Assembly: GCA_963820825.1 (NCBI GenBank)
Contig: CAWGBN010000006.1
Span: forward strand, 576,001-640,000
From: Vulcanimicrobiota bacterium
Lineage (GTDB): Bacteria; Vulcanimicrobiota; Vulcanimicrobiia; Vulcanimicrobiales; Vulcanimicrobiaceae
Reading direction: 5' to 3'
DNA length: 64,000 nucleotides
This document shows, piece by piece, positions 51,101 through 61,266 of this stretch. Under the pieces are notes generated by a model. That model saw only the letters and a program-made list of their open reading frames with translations. It was not told the origin of the DNA and did not search any database. Position 1 is the first letter of the stretch, and each line of letters starts with the position of its first letter. Position numbers and translations under genes: made by a program.

Positions 51101-52103
51101 GGACCCAGATCACTGGAAATCGCGGGGTTTGAGCCCCGGAATCTAGTCCAATGGGAATTGTGGGTTTCCGGCCAAGATGGCCTGCAAAGGAGACCCGCAT
51201 GCGCAAGCGACGCTACACCGAAGCGCAAATCGTCGCGATCCTTCAAGAGCTCGACGCCGGCCGATCCGCAGCTGAGCTCGCTCGCAAACACGGCGTTCAC
51301 GTCAACACGCTGCGACTGTGGCGAAGCAAATACGCCGGGCTCGACATCAGCGATCTCACCCGTCTGAAAGAGCTCGAATCCGAAAACTCGCAGATGGAGC
51401 GCATCATCGCGCGTCAAGCCCTCGAGATCCGCGCGATGTCCGAGGTGATTCGAAAAAACGGGTGGGGCCCTCAGCGCGCAAGGAAGCGGTGAGGGCGTTA
51501 GAGGCCGAGGGGATGAGCCAGCGGCAAGCGTGCCGCCTCGCGACCTGCCCCCGACCGACCGTACGATACAAACCACGCAAACGCCCCGGCGACGAGCACG
51601 TCCGCGATCGGTTGCGTTGCATTGCGCAAGAGCGGCCGAGATTCGGATGGCGCCGGCTTAAGATCCTGCTCAAGCGTGAAGGCCTCGTGATGAACCACAA
51701 ACGCCTGCGCCGCCTGTATTGCGATGAGCGATTGCAGGTGCGACCGCGCAAGAAGCGACGCGTGCGATTGGTGCGCGGCAACGTTTCACCGGCTCCGACA
51801 AAGCTCAATGAAGAATGGGGACTGGATTTCATGCACGAAATCCTCATGACCAAGCGCAAAGTGCGGTTGCTGACGATCGAGGACCGCTTCAGCCGCGAAG
51901 GTCTCGCGGTCGACCCAGACTTTTCGATCACCAGCCGCCGCGTAATTCGAACGCTCGATGACATTGCCGAGATCCGCGGTTATCCCACGCGCCTTCGCGT
52001 TGATAACGAGCTAAGTACGAAAGTCAACCCCACTAGTAGGCATAACGATGCCCGTCGACAGCAAAGCCGAGCTTGCACACCCTTGCCGAGATGCCCCTCG
52101 ACG

Positions 52104-52251
52104 ACGCAATAGCTCCAACCATGATGACACAAGGTCTCGGAAACGAGCCTTCACCGAGCTCAAAACGGAGTTTGCTGCCGATCGGGAGATCCGAGCATTA
52201 TCTACGAGGTCGTAGTCGCCTCAACGGCCCAGCGAAGGGATTCTCCCGTCG
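52104..52251 (-). ncRNA. Predicted bridge/seek RNA (copy B)
   Basis: Same sequence as the copy A region. Confidence 0.68.
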
Positions 52252-53481
52252 TGCACCGCCGCTTCGAAATAGTGGCGGTACTCTTTTCCAGATTTGATCA
52301 AGCCGTAAGCGACGCGCGCAATCTTCGCTGCTACGGCGACATACGCTCTTCTTTTGAGATCGGCATCCAGTGGATCGCGACGAACGTAGTCGTCGTACTT
52401 TTCCCGAAACGAGTTTCGGCGCTGATTGATGGCAGCATTGGCTGCATCCAGAAGGCCCATCGCAGTCGAGCATTGCCGCGTTTGGAGAGCTGCGGTCGGC
52501 CGCGTGACGTTCCGGATTGCATCGTCGACAAAGAAAGGCCACAGTAGTTAAGAAATTTGCGATGGTGGCTGAAGCGGCGTAAATCTCCGCCTTCAGCGAG
52601 AACCGTTAGAGCAACAATAGGGCCGATTCCAGGGATAGAGCGCAGGCGCTGATAATCGATGTTGTTCTCGAGTTGTGCGTCAATGAGCTCCTGAAGCTGC
52701 CGTCGAAGCTTCATGAGGCCGATGTACTGCTCAATCGCGAGTTGGAACATCTGGGCGGCCTGCGAATCCGCCGCCACTGGAATTCCCACGCTTTCCTTGG
52801 CAATTTCGTAGTAGCTGGCGACGAGACTTTGCCGAGATGTGAAGATGCCCTCCGCTGCAGTAAACCTTTTGACGAATGTCCTTTTGGTATATTGAAGGAC
52901 CGTGGAAGGGCATGGCGCTATGCGCATGACCTCCAAGAACCACTCGCCGCGCGGATTGCTCAGGAAGGGCTCTGCTTCCGGGAAGTACAGCGGCGATTTC
53001 TGAGTCATCAGCGAATGGTAGGCTCGCGTCTTTCGGTCGGTGATCTGCCGATAGGTACCCGGCACTTTGCTGAAGATCTTGGTTGCCACGTTGCAGTGGA
53101 TCGGCGAACGCCTGCGTTGTACCGCTCTTGAGCAAATGCAGAATCACCTGCGCATCCTTCGGATCGTTTTTATCCCACGAGTTGAACAGCGCTTCTCTCG
53201 TCCGATTTGTAGCGATCGACGATACGAAATGAACGCGGTGGCCTCGCCGGAGCAGAAGTTCGCCAGGGGTCGGTGATAGTCTCCGGTTGGTTCCAGCGCG
53301 ACCTCGCAGGGAAGATGCGGCGCCAGAATCCCTGCCAACTCGTCGAAACCTTCTTGCGTGTTTGGAACTGTCAAACGCCGGCAACCCAGGCCTCGTCCTC
53401 CAGCAGCGCCACGTGTCGGTTTTTGGCGACGTCGATTGCGAGCCAGGCGGGCGTCGTTGGAGCAGCACGGAACTTTGCCAT
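52221..53481 (-). pseudogene. IS110 recombinase, frameshifted copy
   Basis: Split over several ORFs; multiple indels relative to copy A. Confidence 0.8.
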
Positions 53482-53880
53482 AGGGTCGTTGCCTCCAGCG
53501 GAGATGAGTCAGATACACCTCCGTTCGCCATGGGGGCAGCGCCCCGTCTTGTATGTATCACGGTCCGGAAAACGTCGCCGGCGCGATGCTGCAGTGGTCG
53601 ATCGATCACAATGTTCTGCTGCACTTCATTGATCCGGGAAACCCGCACAGAACGCCTGGATCGAGTCCTTCAACGCTCGCGTGCGCGACGAGTTCCTCAA
53701 CGTGCAAGTCTTCAGGACTCTCCTGCAGATCCGCGAAGAGGCCGATGCATGGCTCGTGGATTACAACGAGGTTCGGCCGCACTCGTCGCTAAACTATCTT
53801 ACGCCCAAGGAGTTCATCAAAACTTTTCTACACCAATCCCACAATCGCCGGTGGACTAAGAAATGGGCTCAAACCCCCGC

Positions 53881-54234
53881 TAAATGTAGGTTTGCCGGAA
53901 CGCAACTAGCGCGGATCGCCAACACCGCGGCATCGAGTTCGCCGAGCCGCACTATTCCTGCGTAGTGGACGTGCCCGGGATCAGACATCAGAAGGACGCG
54001 CGGATGCGGATCGTTTGCTACGACGTGTTTGTTGGTCAGTAGAAAGCCGTAACCACGCTGTGACTCGATGCAAAATGCGGTACCAAAGCCAAAGCGCTTT
54101 CCCACCCCTGCCGCAACTAGCGCCAGAGATGGTTTGATCTGCGCGTAGGTCGAAACGTCATCAGCGAGCGCCGCGTCGTGCATAACGAGTGCAGTCAGTA
54201 TCGCGGAGAGCGCCGATAGCCGTCGAAAACTCAT
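53881..54234 (-). pseudogene. Trypsin-like serine protease N-terminal fragment, disrupted by IS3
   Basis: Signal peptide, GTAFCI, LTNKHVV, LDAAVL; catalytic Ser motif absent. Confidence 0.7.
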
Positions 54235-54296
54235 ACCCTGCCGGAAAGGCGTTGGTGCGTTGCTATGGGGCATCGTATCACTCGTTTAGCGAACGT

Positions 54297-55880
54297 TCAA
54301 TGGTCCGCGTCGGGCGGGCCGTAACCGCCGCCGCCCGGGGTCTGAATCGTTAGCACGTCCCCCGGTTCGAACTCGAAGGTCGTCTTTGCCGGCAGCGGCG
54401 TCTCGACTCCGTCGCGCGTCAGCGAGTGCCGGCCGCACGCGCCGGAGCCGCCGCCTTGCGCGCCGGGCGCGCCGCGCACGTGACGATCGGCGAGCAGCGT
54501 GGCACGAGCCGAAGCTTCGACGAGCTCGATCGAGCGAATCAAACCGTTGCCGCCACGGTAACGTCCCGCACCGCCCGTGCCATCGGCGATTTCGTAGCGC
54601 ACGACGCGCAGCGGGTACTCCCGCTCGATCGCTTCGATCGGCGTGTTGAGCGTATTGGTCATGTGGCAGTGAATCGCGTCGATCCCGTCGCTGGTCGGTC
54701 GCGCTCCCATTCCGCAGCCGTTGGTCTCGTAAAAGGCCCAGGTCGCGCCATCGCCGCGCGTTCCGCCGAGCATGACGTTGCTCATCGTTCCGCCGCTGCT
54801 CGCCGGAACGCGATGCGGTACCGCACGGGCGAGCGCCTGCAGGACGACGTCGGCGTTGCGCATGCTCGTCTCGACGTTTCCGCCTGAGACCGGGGCGGGG
54901 CGTCGCGGATTGAGCAGCGATCCTTCGGGCGCGTAGACCTCGACCGGACGAAAGCAGCCGTCGTTCATCGGAATCGTCGGATCGGTGACCGCGCGCAGCG
55001 CGTAGTGCACGCCCGAGAGCGTAACGCCGAAGACCGCATTGAGCGGTGAGGCAAGCTGCGCGCTCGTACCGGTATAGTCGAGACGCGCGCGTCCATCGTG
55101 CAGCTCGAGCCGCACCGCAATGCGAATGCTCGGAACGCCGTCGTCGTCTTCGAGGTAATCTTCGGCGAGGAAGACGCCGTCGCCGATCGAGCGCAACGCG
55201 GCACGCATGCGCAGTTCGCTTTCGTCGAGTATTCGCGCCGTCGACGCTTCGAGCATCTCGGTTCCGTAACGCTCGCAGAGTTCGAGCAGACGCCGCTCGC
55301 CGGTATAGTTGCCGGCGACCTGCGCGCGCAGATCGCCGCTGCGCGCGTCGGGCGTTCGCGAGTTCGCGCGGAAAAGCCCGACGGTTTCGCCGAGAACGCG
55401 ATTCTCTCGAACGAGGCGCAGCGGTGCGACGACGAATCCTTCCGCGAAGAGATCGGCAGCTTGCGCCGGCATCGAGCCGGGCACCGAGCCTCCGACGTCG
55501 GCATGATGCGCTTTATTTGCGGCATAACCGATGAGGCTGCCGCGGTGAAAGACGGGGCGCACGAGCGTGACGTCGTTGAGGTGCGTGCCGGCGATATAGG
55601 GATCGTTGGCAACCCACATCTCGCCCTCGCGCACTCCGCCGTACTCGCGCTCGACGATCTCCAACATTCGCTGCAGACCCCACGGCAGCGAGCCGAGGTG
55701 CACCGGAATGTGCTCCGCCTGCGCGATCAATCGTCCGAAGCGGTCGAAGAGCGCGCACGAATGATCGAGCCGCTCCTTGATATTCGGCGAATACGCGGCG
55801 TTGCGCACCGCAATGCCCATCTCTTCGGCCGCGTAGACGAGCGCGTTCTTGATCACCTCGCTCGTGATCGGATCGGTCAC
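54297..55880 (-). CDS. Hydantoinase B/oxoprolinase family
   Basis: AYSPNIKERLDHSCA, HIPVHLG, NDPY..GTHLND, HHADVGG, TNTLNTP, TPGGGG. Confidence 0.92.
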   Translation of the reverse strand: MTDPITSEVIKNALVYAAEEMGIAVRNAAYSPNIKERLDHSCALFDRFGRLIAQAEHIPVHLGSLPWGLQRMLEIVEREYGGVREGEMWVANDPYIAGTHLNDVTLVRPVFHRGSLIGYAANKAHHADVGGSVPGSMPAQAADLFAEGFVVAPLRLVRENRVLGETVGLFRANSRTPDARSGDLRAQVAGNYTGERRLLELCERYGTEMLEASTARILDESELRMRAALRSIGDGVFLAEDYLEDDDGVPSIRIAVRLELHDGRARLDYTGTSAQLASPLNAVFGVTLSGVHYALRAVTDPTIPMNDGCFRPVEVYAPEGSLLNPRRPAPVSGGNVETSMRNADVVLQALARAVPHRVPASSGGTMSNVMLGGTRGDGATWAFYETNGCGMGARPTSDGIDAIHCHMTNTLNTPIEAIEREYPLRVVRYEIADGTGGAGRYRGGNGLIRSIELVEASARATLLADRHVRGAPGAQGGGSGACGRHSLTRDGVETPLPAKTTFEFEPGDVLTIQTPGGGGYGPPDADH

Positions 55881-57970
55881 CGTGCTCCTCGTTGCAGCGC
55901 CAAGAGATCGCCGTCGACACTCAGCTCCCATCCCGGCGCGACGTAGGTGGTGCTGTCGTACGCTTCGACGATCGCCGGTCCGTCGATCCTGATCTGTGCC
56001 GCCAAGTCGGTACGCGCAAAGACCGGTGCCTCGACGAACGCGCCGGCGATCCATAGCTTTCGTCGCACCGGCTGCTCGCGTTCGGCGGGATCGCGTTCGC
56101 GGGAGACGCCGCGCAACGGCGCCTCGTCGTTTGATGCGACTTGCCCGTTCGCGGTCGACCGCGCACCGACGATCTCGACGCGCTCGCGGGGCGCGTCGTA
56201 TCCGTAGCGGGCGCGATGCGCGGCATGAAAGCGGCGTTCGACCTCGGCCGGTTCCCGGTCGTAGGCGATCGTCAGCTCGAAGCTCTGCCCGCGATAGCGC
56301 GCGTCGTACTCGCGGCGAAAGGCGATCGTCGACGGCACCGCGCCCTGCTGCTCGAGCGAACGCTGCGCGCGCGTCTCGCAATCGCCAAAGGCTCGTTCCA
56401 CCGCGGCGGCGTCGATTTCGTCCGCGGCGGCGAGCACCGAGCGGACCTCGCTGGTTCCGAGCTGCGCGTTCAACAACCCGCAGGCGGAAAAGATCCCCGG
56501 ATGCGCCGGGACGATCGCGCGCTCGATTCCGAGCTCTTCGGCGAGCGCGCAGACGTGGAGCGGACCGCCGCCGCCAAAGGCCACCAGCGTGAAGTCGCGC
56601 GGATCTAAGCCGCGTTCGATCGTTACGATTCGCAGTACTCTCGCCATCGCGTCGTCGACGAGTCGCACGATGCCCGCAGCCGTCTCTTCGACGCTCATTG
56701 CCAGCGTCTGCGCCAACACTTCGATCGCGCGACGCGAGCGCGACCCGTCGATCGCGAATGCGCCGCCGAGGAGATGCTTCGGATTGAGCCGGCCGAGGAC
56801 GAGATTCGCATCGGTAACCGTCGCGCGCTCGGACTCTCCATAGCAGGCCGGTCCCGGGTCGGCGCCCGCCGAGAGAGGACCGACGCGCAGCGCACCGCCC
56901 TCGTCAATCCACGCGATCGTGCCGCCGCCGGCGCTGACCTCCGCCAGATCGACGAACGGAAAGCGTACCGGATAGCCGCTGCCCTTGACCGCGCGCCCAC
57001 TATGCGTTCTTCCGGCGGCTTCGAACTCGGCGGCGACTTGCGCGACACCGTCGACGATCGCGCCGGCCTTGGCCGTCGTGCCGCCCATGTCGAACGAGAG
57101 CAGCCGGTTCGCGCCGAGACGCGATCCCAGCGCGGCCGCCGCAATCGCACCGCTCGCCGGACCGCTCTCTACGATCGCGGCGGGCCGGTCGATAATTTGC
57201 GGCGCGGCGGCCATCGCACCGTCGCTGCGCATGACGTAGAGCGGCGCAACGATTCGGCGCTCGCGCAGTTCGAGCGTGAGTTGCTCGAGGTAACGTTCGA
57301 CGATCGGCGCGAGCACCGCGTTGACGATCGTCGTCGACGTGCGTTCGTACTCGCGATACTCCGGGTCGACCTCCGACGAGCGGGTCACCCGCAGGCCGGG
57401 GATCGCAGCGAGCGCTTGCGCGAGGCGCCGTTCGTGCGTATCGTTGACGTACGCGTGCAGCAGGCAGATCGCGACCGCGGCAACGTCGCGACGGGCAACC
57501 TCTTGGCAGAGGCCGGCGATCGCGGCGTCGTCGAGTGGAACGAGGATCTCGCCGCGATAGTCGATTCGTTCGCGAACGGTCAGGCGGTCGGCGCGGGCGA
57601 CCAGCGGGCGCGGGCGTTCGACAAAGAGGTTATAGACTTCGCTGCGGTTCTGGCGACCGATCTCGATGACGTCGCGGAAACCGTGCGTCGTGACGAGGGC
57701 GACGCGCGGGAGCTCGAGTCCGATCTGTCCGAGCAGCGCATTGGTGGCAATCGTCGTGGCATGACCGAGAAACTCGATCGCCGGCGGCGATTCGTAGCGA
57801 GCCGTCAGCGCGGCGAGGGCGTCGATGACGGCGCGGTGCGGCTCCCGCGGCGTGCTCGCCACCTTTTGCACGACGAGCCTTCCGCTCCACGATTCAAGCG
57901 CGGCGAGGTCGGTGAAGGTCCCACCGACGTCGATTCCCACGCGTAAAGCGCGCCGCTCCATGGCCGTCAC
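55877..57970 (-). CDS. Hydantoinase A/oxoprolinase family
   Basis: GIDVGGTFTD, REYERT, ESGPA, DMGGTT, SAGADPGPACY. Confidence 0.92.
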   Translation of the reverse strand: MTAMERRALRVGIDVGGTFTDLAALESWSGRLVVQKVASTPREPHRAVIDALAALTARYESPPAIEFLGHATTIATNALLGQIGLELPRVALVTTHGFRDVIEIGRQNRSEVYNLFVERPRPLVARADRLTVRERIDYRGEILVPLDDAAIAGLCQEVARRDVAAVAICLLHAYVNDTHERRLAQALAAIPGLRVTRSSEVDPEYREYERTSTTIVNAVLAPIVERYLEQLTLELRERRIVAPLYVMRSDGAMAAAPQIIDRPAAIVESGPASGAIAAAALGSRLGANRLLSFDMGGTTAKAGAIVDGVAQVAAEFEAAGRTHSGRAVKGSGYPVRFPFVDLAEVSAGGGTIAWIDEGGALRVGPLSAGADPGPACYGESERATVTDANLVLGRLNPKHLLGGAFAIDGSRSRRAIEVLAQTLAMSVEETAAGIVRLVDDAMARVLRIVTIERGLDPRDFTLVAFGGGGPLHVCALAEELGIERAIVPAHPGIFSACGLLNAQLGTSEVRSVLAAADEIDAAAVERAFGDCETRAQRSLEQQGAVPSTIAFRREYDARYRGQSFELTIAYDREPAEVERRFHAAHRARYGYDAPRERVEIVGARSTANGQVASNDEAPLRGVSRERDPAEREQPVRRKLWIAGAFVEAPVFARTDLAAQIRIDGPAIVEAYDSTTYVAPGWELSVDGDLLALQRGAR

Positions 57971-58000
57971 TTCGACGGCGCGCGTACATCTGCTTGGTGG

Positions 58001-58411
58001 TTAGAACGTTACGCTATAGGTGCCGTTATTCGGGTTGCAGTTCGAGCCCCGCCGCATATCCATACGGAAATGGGCCGTCGTGCTGCCGTTTCCGGCCTGA
58101 TTCGATCGCGTCCAATCGTAGCCGAAGGTATAGGATTGTCCCGGCGCAAGCGGCGGAATGCCGCGATCGTCATGCTTGACTTGATCGACGTAGACGTCGA
58201 CGAACTGCAGAGTGTCCGACGGTTGCCGCTGACTTCCAAGATTGGTCACCGTGCCGGTTATGTGGTAGATGCTGACCGAACCATTGCTGGTAACGTTTTT
58301 GACGACGACCGAGGTGATCGCGGGATTCGCTCCCGTACAAGTTCCTGCCCGCGTTGCCGTCGGCAAAAGCGCGCATAGGACGAGAGCGATCGACGAGGAA
58401 CGAACGATCAC
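58001..58411 (-). CDS. Secreted CARDB/Ig-like protein (paralog 3)
   Basis: Signal peptide; C.GANPA.TSV, GTVTNLG, GIPPLAPG. Confidence 0.7.
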   Translation of the reverse strand: MIVRSSSIALVLCALLPTATRAGTCTGANPAITSVVVKNVTSNGSVSIYHITGTVTNLGSQRQPSDTLQFVDVYVDQVKHDDRGIPPLAPGQSYTFGYDWTRSNQAGNGSTTAHFRMDMRRGSNCNPNNGTYSVTF

Positions 58412-58427
58412 GAGGAGCTCCTTTCCG

Positions 58428-58843
58428 TTACACCGTAATGCCGGCGCTTGCTTTTCTCGCCGCGCAACCGCTCGACGCCGACGCCGTTACCGGTCGTACG
58501 CGAAAGTCGAGCGGCGACGTTAAGGTGCCCGCATCGGCCGAGCGTGGCCAGATGTAATCGATGGTGTAAGATGCTCCGGCGGCGAGCGGAGGTATACCGT
58601 GGTCGTCGAGACGCCCACCGTATTGCACGACGTCGATGAACTGCAACGCGTCTCCCGGCTGGGATGCGCTTCCAGGTTCGTTACGGTCGCCGTAACGTGA
58701 TACAAATTCAGGTGTGCGGTGTGGTGAACCGTGCGAAGAGCCACGGACGTAACGGCCGGACTCGCTCCATCACACATCCCGGCGGGGGCGCTAACCGGCG
58801 CCGCCGCTAACGTGAGCGCCAGCGCAACCGCAATTCGATTCAT
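58428..58843 (-). pseudogene. Secreted CARDB/Ig-like protein (paralog 2), frameshifted
   Basis: Adding one G at ~58673 restores TNLGSASQPGDALQFIDV. Confidence 0.65.
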
Positions 58844-58901
58844 CGGCGACCTCCCTCAAAGCCCGAGTTTTGGTTTCGCCCCTATACCCGGCGCGCGCGC
58901 C

Positions 58902-59309
58902 CTAAAACGTCAGGTTGTAGTCGGCATTGCCCGGATTGCAGTTCTCGCCTTGCTGGAGGACGATCCGGAAGAGCAACGTCGTCGAGCCGCTCGCCGAATC
59001 GACCGAGCGCGGCCAGTCGTACGTAAAGGTGTGGGTTCCTCCGGCCGGCAGCGGCGGCACGCCACGCGAATCGAGTTTCTGTCCGTCGTACATGATGTCG
59101 ACGGATTGCAGAACGTTCGCGGGCTGGCCCGACCCGCCCAGATTCGTCACGGTCCCGACCAGGTGATAATGATTCAGCCGTCCGTCGCTCGTGTGGGATT
59201 TTACGACGACCGAGGTGACCGCGGGATTCGCTCCCGCGCAGGTTGCTGCAGCCGCGGCGGCGGGCGCCAGCGCGACGATAAGAAGAGCGGAGATGAGCGT
59301 TCGAAGCAC
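58902..59309 (-). CDS. Secreted CARDB/Ig-like protein (paralog 1)
   Basis: Same motifs as the two downstream genes. Confidence 0.7.
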   Translation of the reverse strand: MLRTLISALLIVALAPAAAAAATCAGANPAVTSVVVKSHTSDGRLNHYHLVGTVTNLGGSGQPANVLQSVDIMYDGQKLDSRGVPPLPAGGTHTFTYDWPRSVDSASGSTTLLFRIVLQQGENCNPGNADYNLTF

Positions 59310-59361
59310 CTTGGAGCTCCTTTTGGCCGCTAGACTGTAGTGCTAGCGCTGCCTTGCCCGA

Positions 59362-61167
59362 TTATACCCCCGGCGGCGGCGAGGTGAAACCAACCGAGGC
59401 ACCCGCGATGCGTTCGCGCAGCGTTGCGAGTTCGCGCGCCTGGCGCTCCGCGATCTTCCGCCAGCGTCCGGCGTCGCGTTCCACCCGCGCCGTCTCCAAG
59501 TGATCGAAAGCAACCCCGGCGGCGACGCCCATCGCCTCGAGCGAGGCCGCCTCATCGGGATCGATGTCCTCGCCGTTGGTATGCGCGCCGTAAACGACGA
59601 TCGCGTCGAGCCGCGCGCGCACGAAGATCGGCACGGCGAGCGCGGGATCGCCATCGTGCAATCGCAGGCTATGGCGGCGGCCTTGAAGCTCCAGTTGGAT
59701 GCCCCGCTCGAGCGGCGTTCCGTTGCGGAGAAAGTCTCCCGACGGCTCGCGCGTGAAGAGCTCGGCCGAAACGAGCGCAAAGGCCTGGATCGGCTCGGTG
59801 AGCAGCGCGGTCTCCACGGCGTCGCGGCTTTCGGCATAGGGAAGCCCCGCGGTAATCGCGGCGATTCGGCGTTCGGCCAGACGACGCCGGCGAAAGAGCG
59901 TGCGTTCGACGATGTCTTCGGCGCGGCGATAGAGCGCGTCGAGCGAAAACGCGACGCCGATTGCGGCGAGCGCAACCAACGCGATCGCAACGCCGCTCTG
60001 CTCGAGGACGTGTCCGGCAAACCATTCGATCAAGGCGAAAATACCGAAGACGATCGCGCTCACGCTCGTATAGACGAGCGTGCGGCTAACGACGAACGAG
60101 ATATCGAAGACGCGCTGCCGGACGACGGCGTACGCGATCGCAAACGGCGCGCAGGCATAGAGCACGGCCATCGCCCACACCAAGGCATCGGCACTCGCCA
60201 GCCAGTACGCGTCCGGCCAATACCGCGCCCAACTCGACGCGTAGCTCAAGAGCGTCAGCAGCACGCCGCCCAAGGCCCACTGGAATCGTTGACGCTGCGA
60301 GGGCGCCGCGATGAAGTAGCCCGCGAAGAGGGCTGCGCTGCCGACGATGATCAGTGCGAGCGCTCCGAAGACCGAGCCGTAGGTCATCCACGCCGCCGGA
60401 CTCTCGCCGGCGAAGAGCGAGCGAACATCCCACGCAAGGTTCGGTATGGCGAGCAGCGCGCCGACCGGGAGCGCCAGCCGGTCGATCCAGATGCGCCATC
60501 CCGTCGGGCGATCGTCGGGGAAACGTGCGGCGAAGATGAGCAGACCGATCGGTCCGGCGACGTCGAGCAGATCGGATCCGAGCTGAGCGAAGGGAAAGAG
60601 ATAATCCGGAAAACGATAGAGTGAGACGTCCGTCGCGGAGATGAGATAGAAGAAGAGCCCCAGCGTCATGCGGTTCGGCCGCCGCAGTAGAATGATCACT
60701 GCGATCGCGATGTAGGCAAAGCCGGCCAGGCGTATGAACGGCGCGATCGGCGAGGAGATCGCGTGAAGCGAAGCCGGGCCGCCGAGCAGCGCCGCGCGCA
60801 GCGTCACGGCGCGCGAACTCGTTGCGGCGCGGGCGCGCTCCGCCGGCGCAACCGTGAGATGTACGGGTTCGCCGGGGAGTGCCGGTTGATAGAGCAATCC
60901 GACGATGCGGTCGTGCACCTTTGATTCCGTAAAATCGAGATAGTCGCCGGCGCTGATGCCGGCACGCGCCGCCGGCGTCTCGGGATCGACCGCCGCAACT
61001 TCGAAGCCCTTGGTGTAGATCAGCCGGTAGCCGAGCGTGGTCTGCGGCGTAAAGAGCGCAACGGCGGCCGCAACGTTGAGCGCGAGCGCAACGCTTGCCG
61101 CGAGGAGCGCCGCAAAGCGCTCCCACGAACGCAAAGGATGGCTGCGCTCAACGATCTCCGGCCGCAT
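59362..61167 (-). CDS. Membrane protein: PDZ-like domain, multiple TMs, degenerate GAF-like region
   Basis: VDPETPAARAGISAGD PDZ motif; YAVVRQRVFDI; LAVPIFVRARLDAIVVYG. Confidence 0.65.
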   Translation of the reverse strand: MRPEIVERSHPLRSWERFAALLAASVALALNVAAAVALFTPQTTLGYRLIYTKGFEVAAVDPETPAARAGISAGDYLDFTESKVHDRIVGLLYQPALPGEPVHLTVAPAERARAATSSRAVTLRAALLGGPASLHAISSPIAPFIRLAGFAYIAIAVIILLRRPNRMTLGLFFYLISATDVSLYRFPDYLFPFAQLGSDLLDVAGPIGLLIFAARFPDDRPTGWRIWIDRLALPVGALLAIPNLAWDVRSLFAGESPAAWMTYGSVFGALALIIVGSAALFAGYFIAAPSQRQRFQWALGGVLLTLLSYASSWARYWPDAYWLASADALVWAMAVLYACAPFAIAYAVVRQRVFDISFVVSRTLVYTSVSAIVFGIFALIEWFAGHVLEQSGVAIALVALAAIGVAFSLDALYRRAEDIVERTLFRRRRLAERRIAAITAGLPYAESRDAVETALLTEPIQAFALVSAELFTREPSGDFLRNGTPLERGIQLELQGRRHSLRLHDGDPALAVPIFVRARLDAIVVYGAHTNGEDIDPDEAASLEAMGVAAGVAFDHLETARVERDAGRWRKIAERQARELATLRERIAGASVGFTSPPPGV

Positions 61168-61266
61168 CCGAGGCGATTCTTCGAGGTCGCGGGTAGGCCC
61201 CTTGAGTGCAACCCGCGTACCCACGGAGCCGCTCTAAGGCGTACACACACGGGTAAGGAGAGGGAT

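Larger units (their letters stand above)
52009..53559 (-). mobile_element. IS110-family element, copy B
   Basis: Reverse-complement copy of 45973-47525, flanked by ACG at 52006-52008 and 53560-53562. Confidence 0.92.
51124..53877 (+). mobile_element. IS3-family element 3, orfB interrupted by IS110
   Basis: Perfect 13-bp terminal IR GGGGTTTGAGCCC, CGC duplication, orfA 51199-51492, A6C slippery site, orfB ..RLRVDN | GPEN..ESFNAR..RPHSSL. Confidence 0.9.

Noticed and set aside
47526..52008. Inversion of the segment between the inverted IS110 copies
   Set aside because: Each IS3's terminal IRs still match its own other half, and element 3 keeps its CGC duplication
47422..52112. Two ORFs (47422-48078 and 51318-52112) sharing the C-terminus ELSTKVNPTSRH..
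   Set aside because: Read-through of broken IS3 orfB into the antisense IS110 end, not a shared domain
43080..54296. CRISPR array, prophage or tRNA-anchored integrative element
   Set aside because: No repeat-spacer array, phage structural genes, integrase, tRNA or flanking att repeats seen
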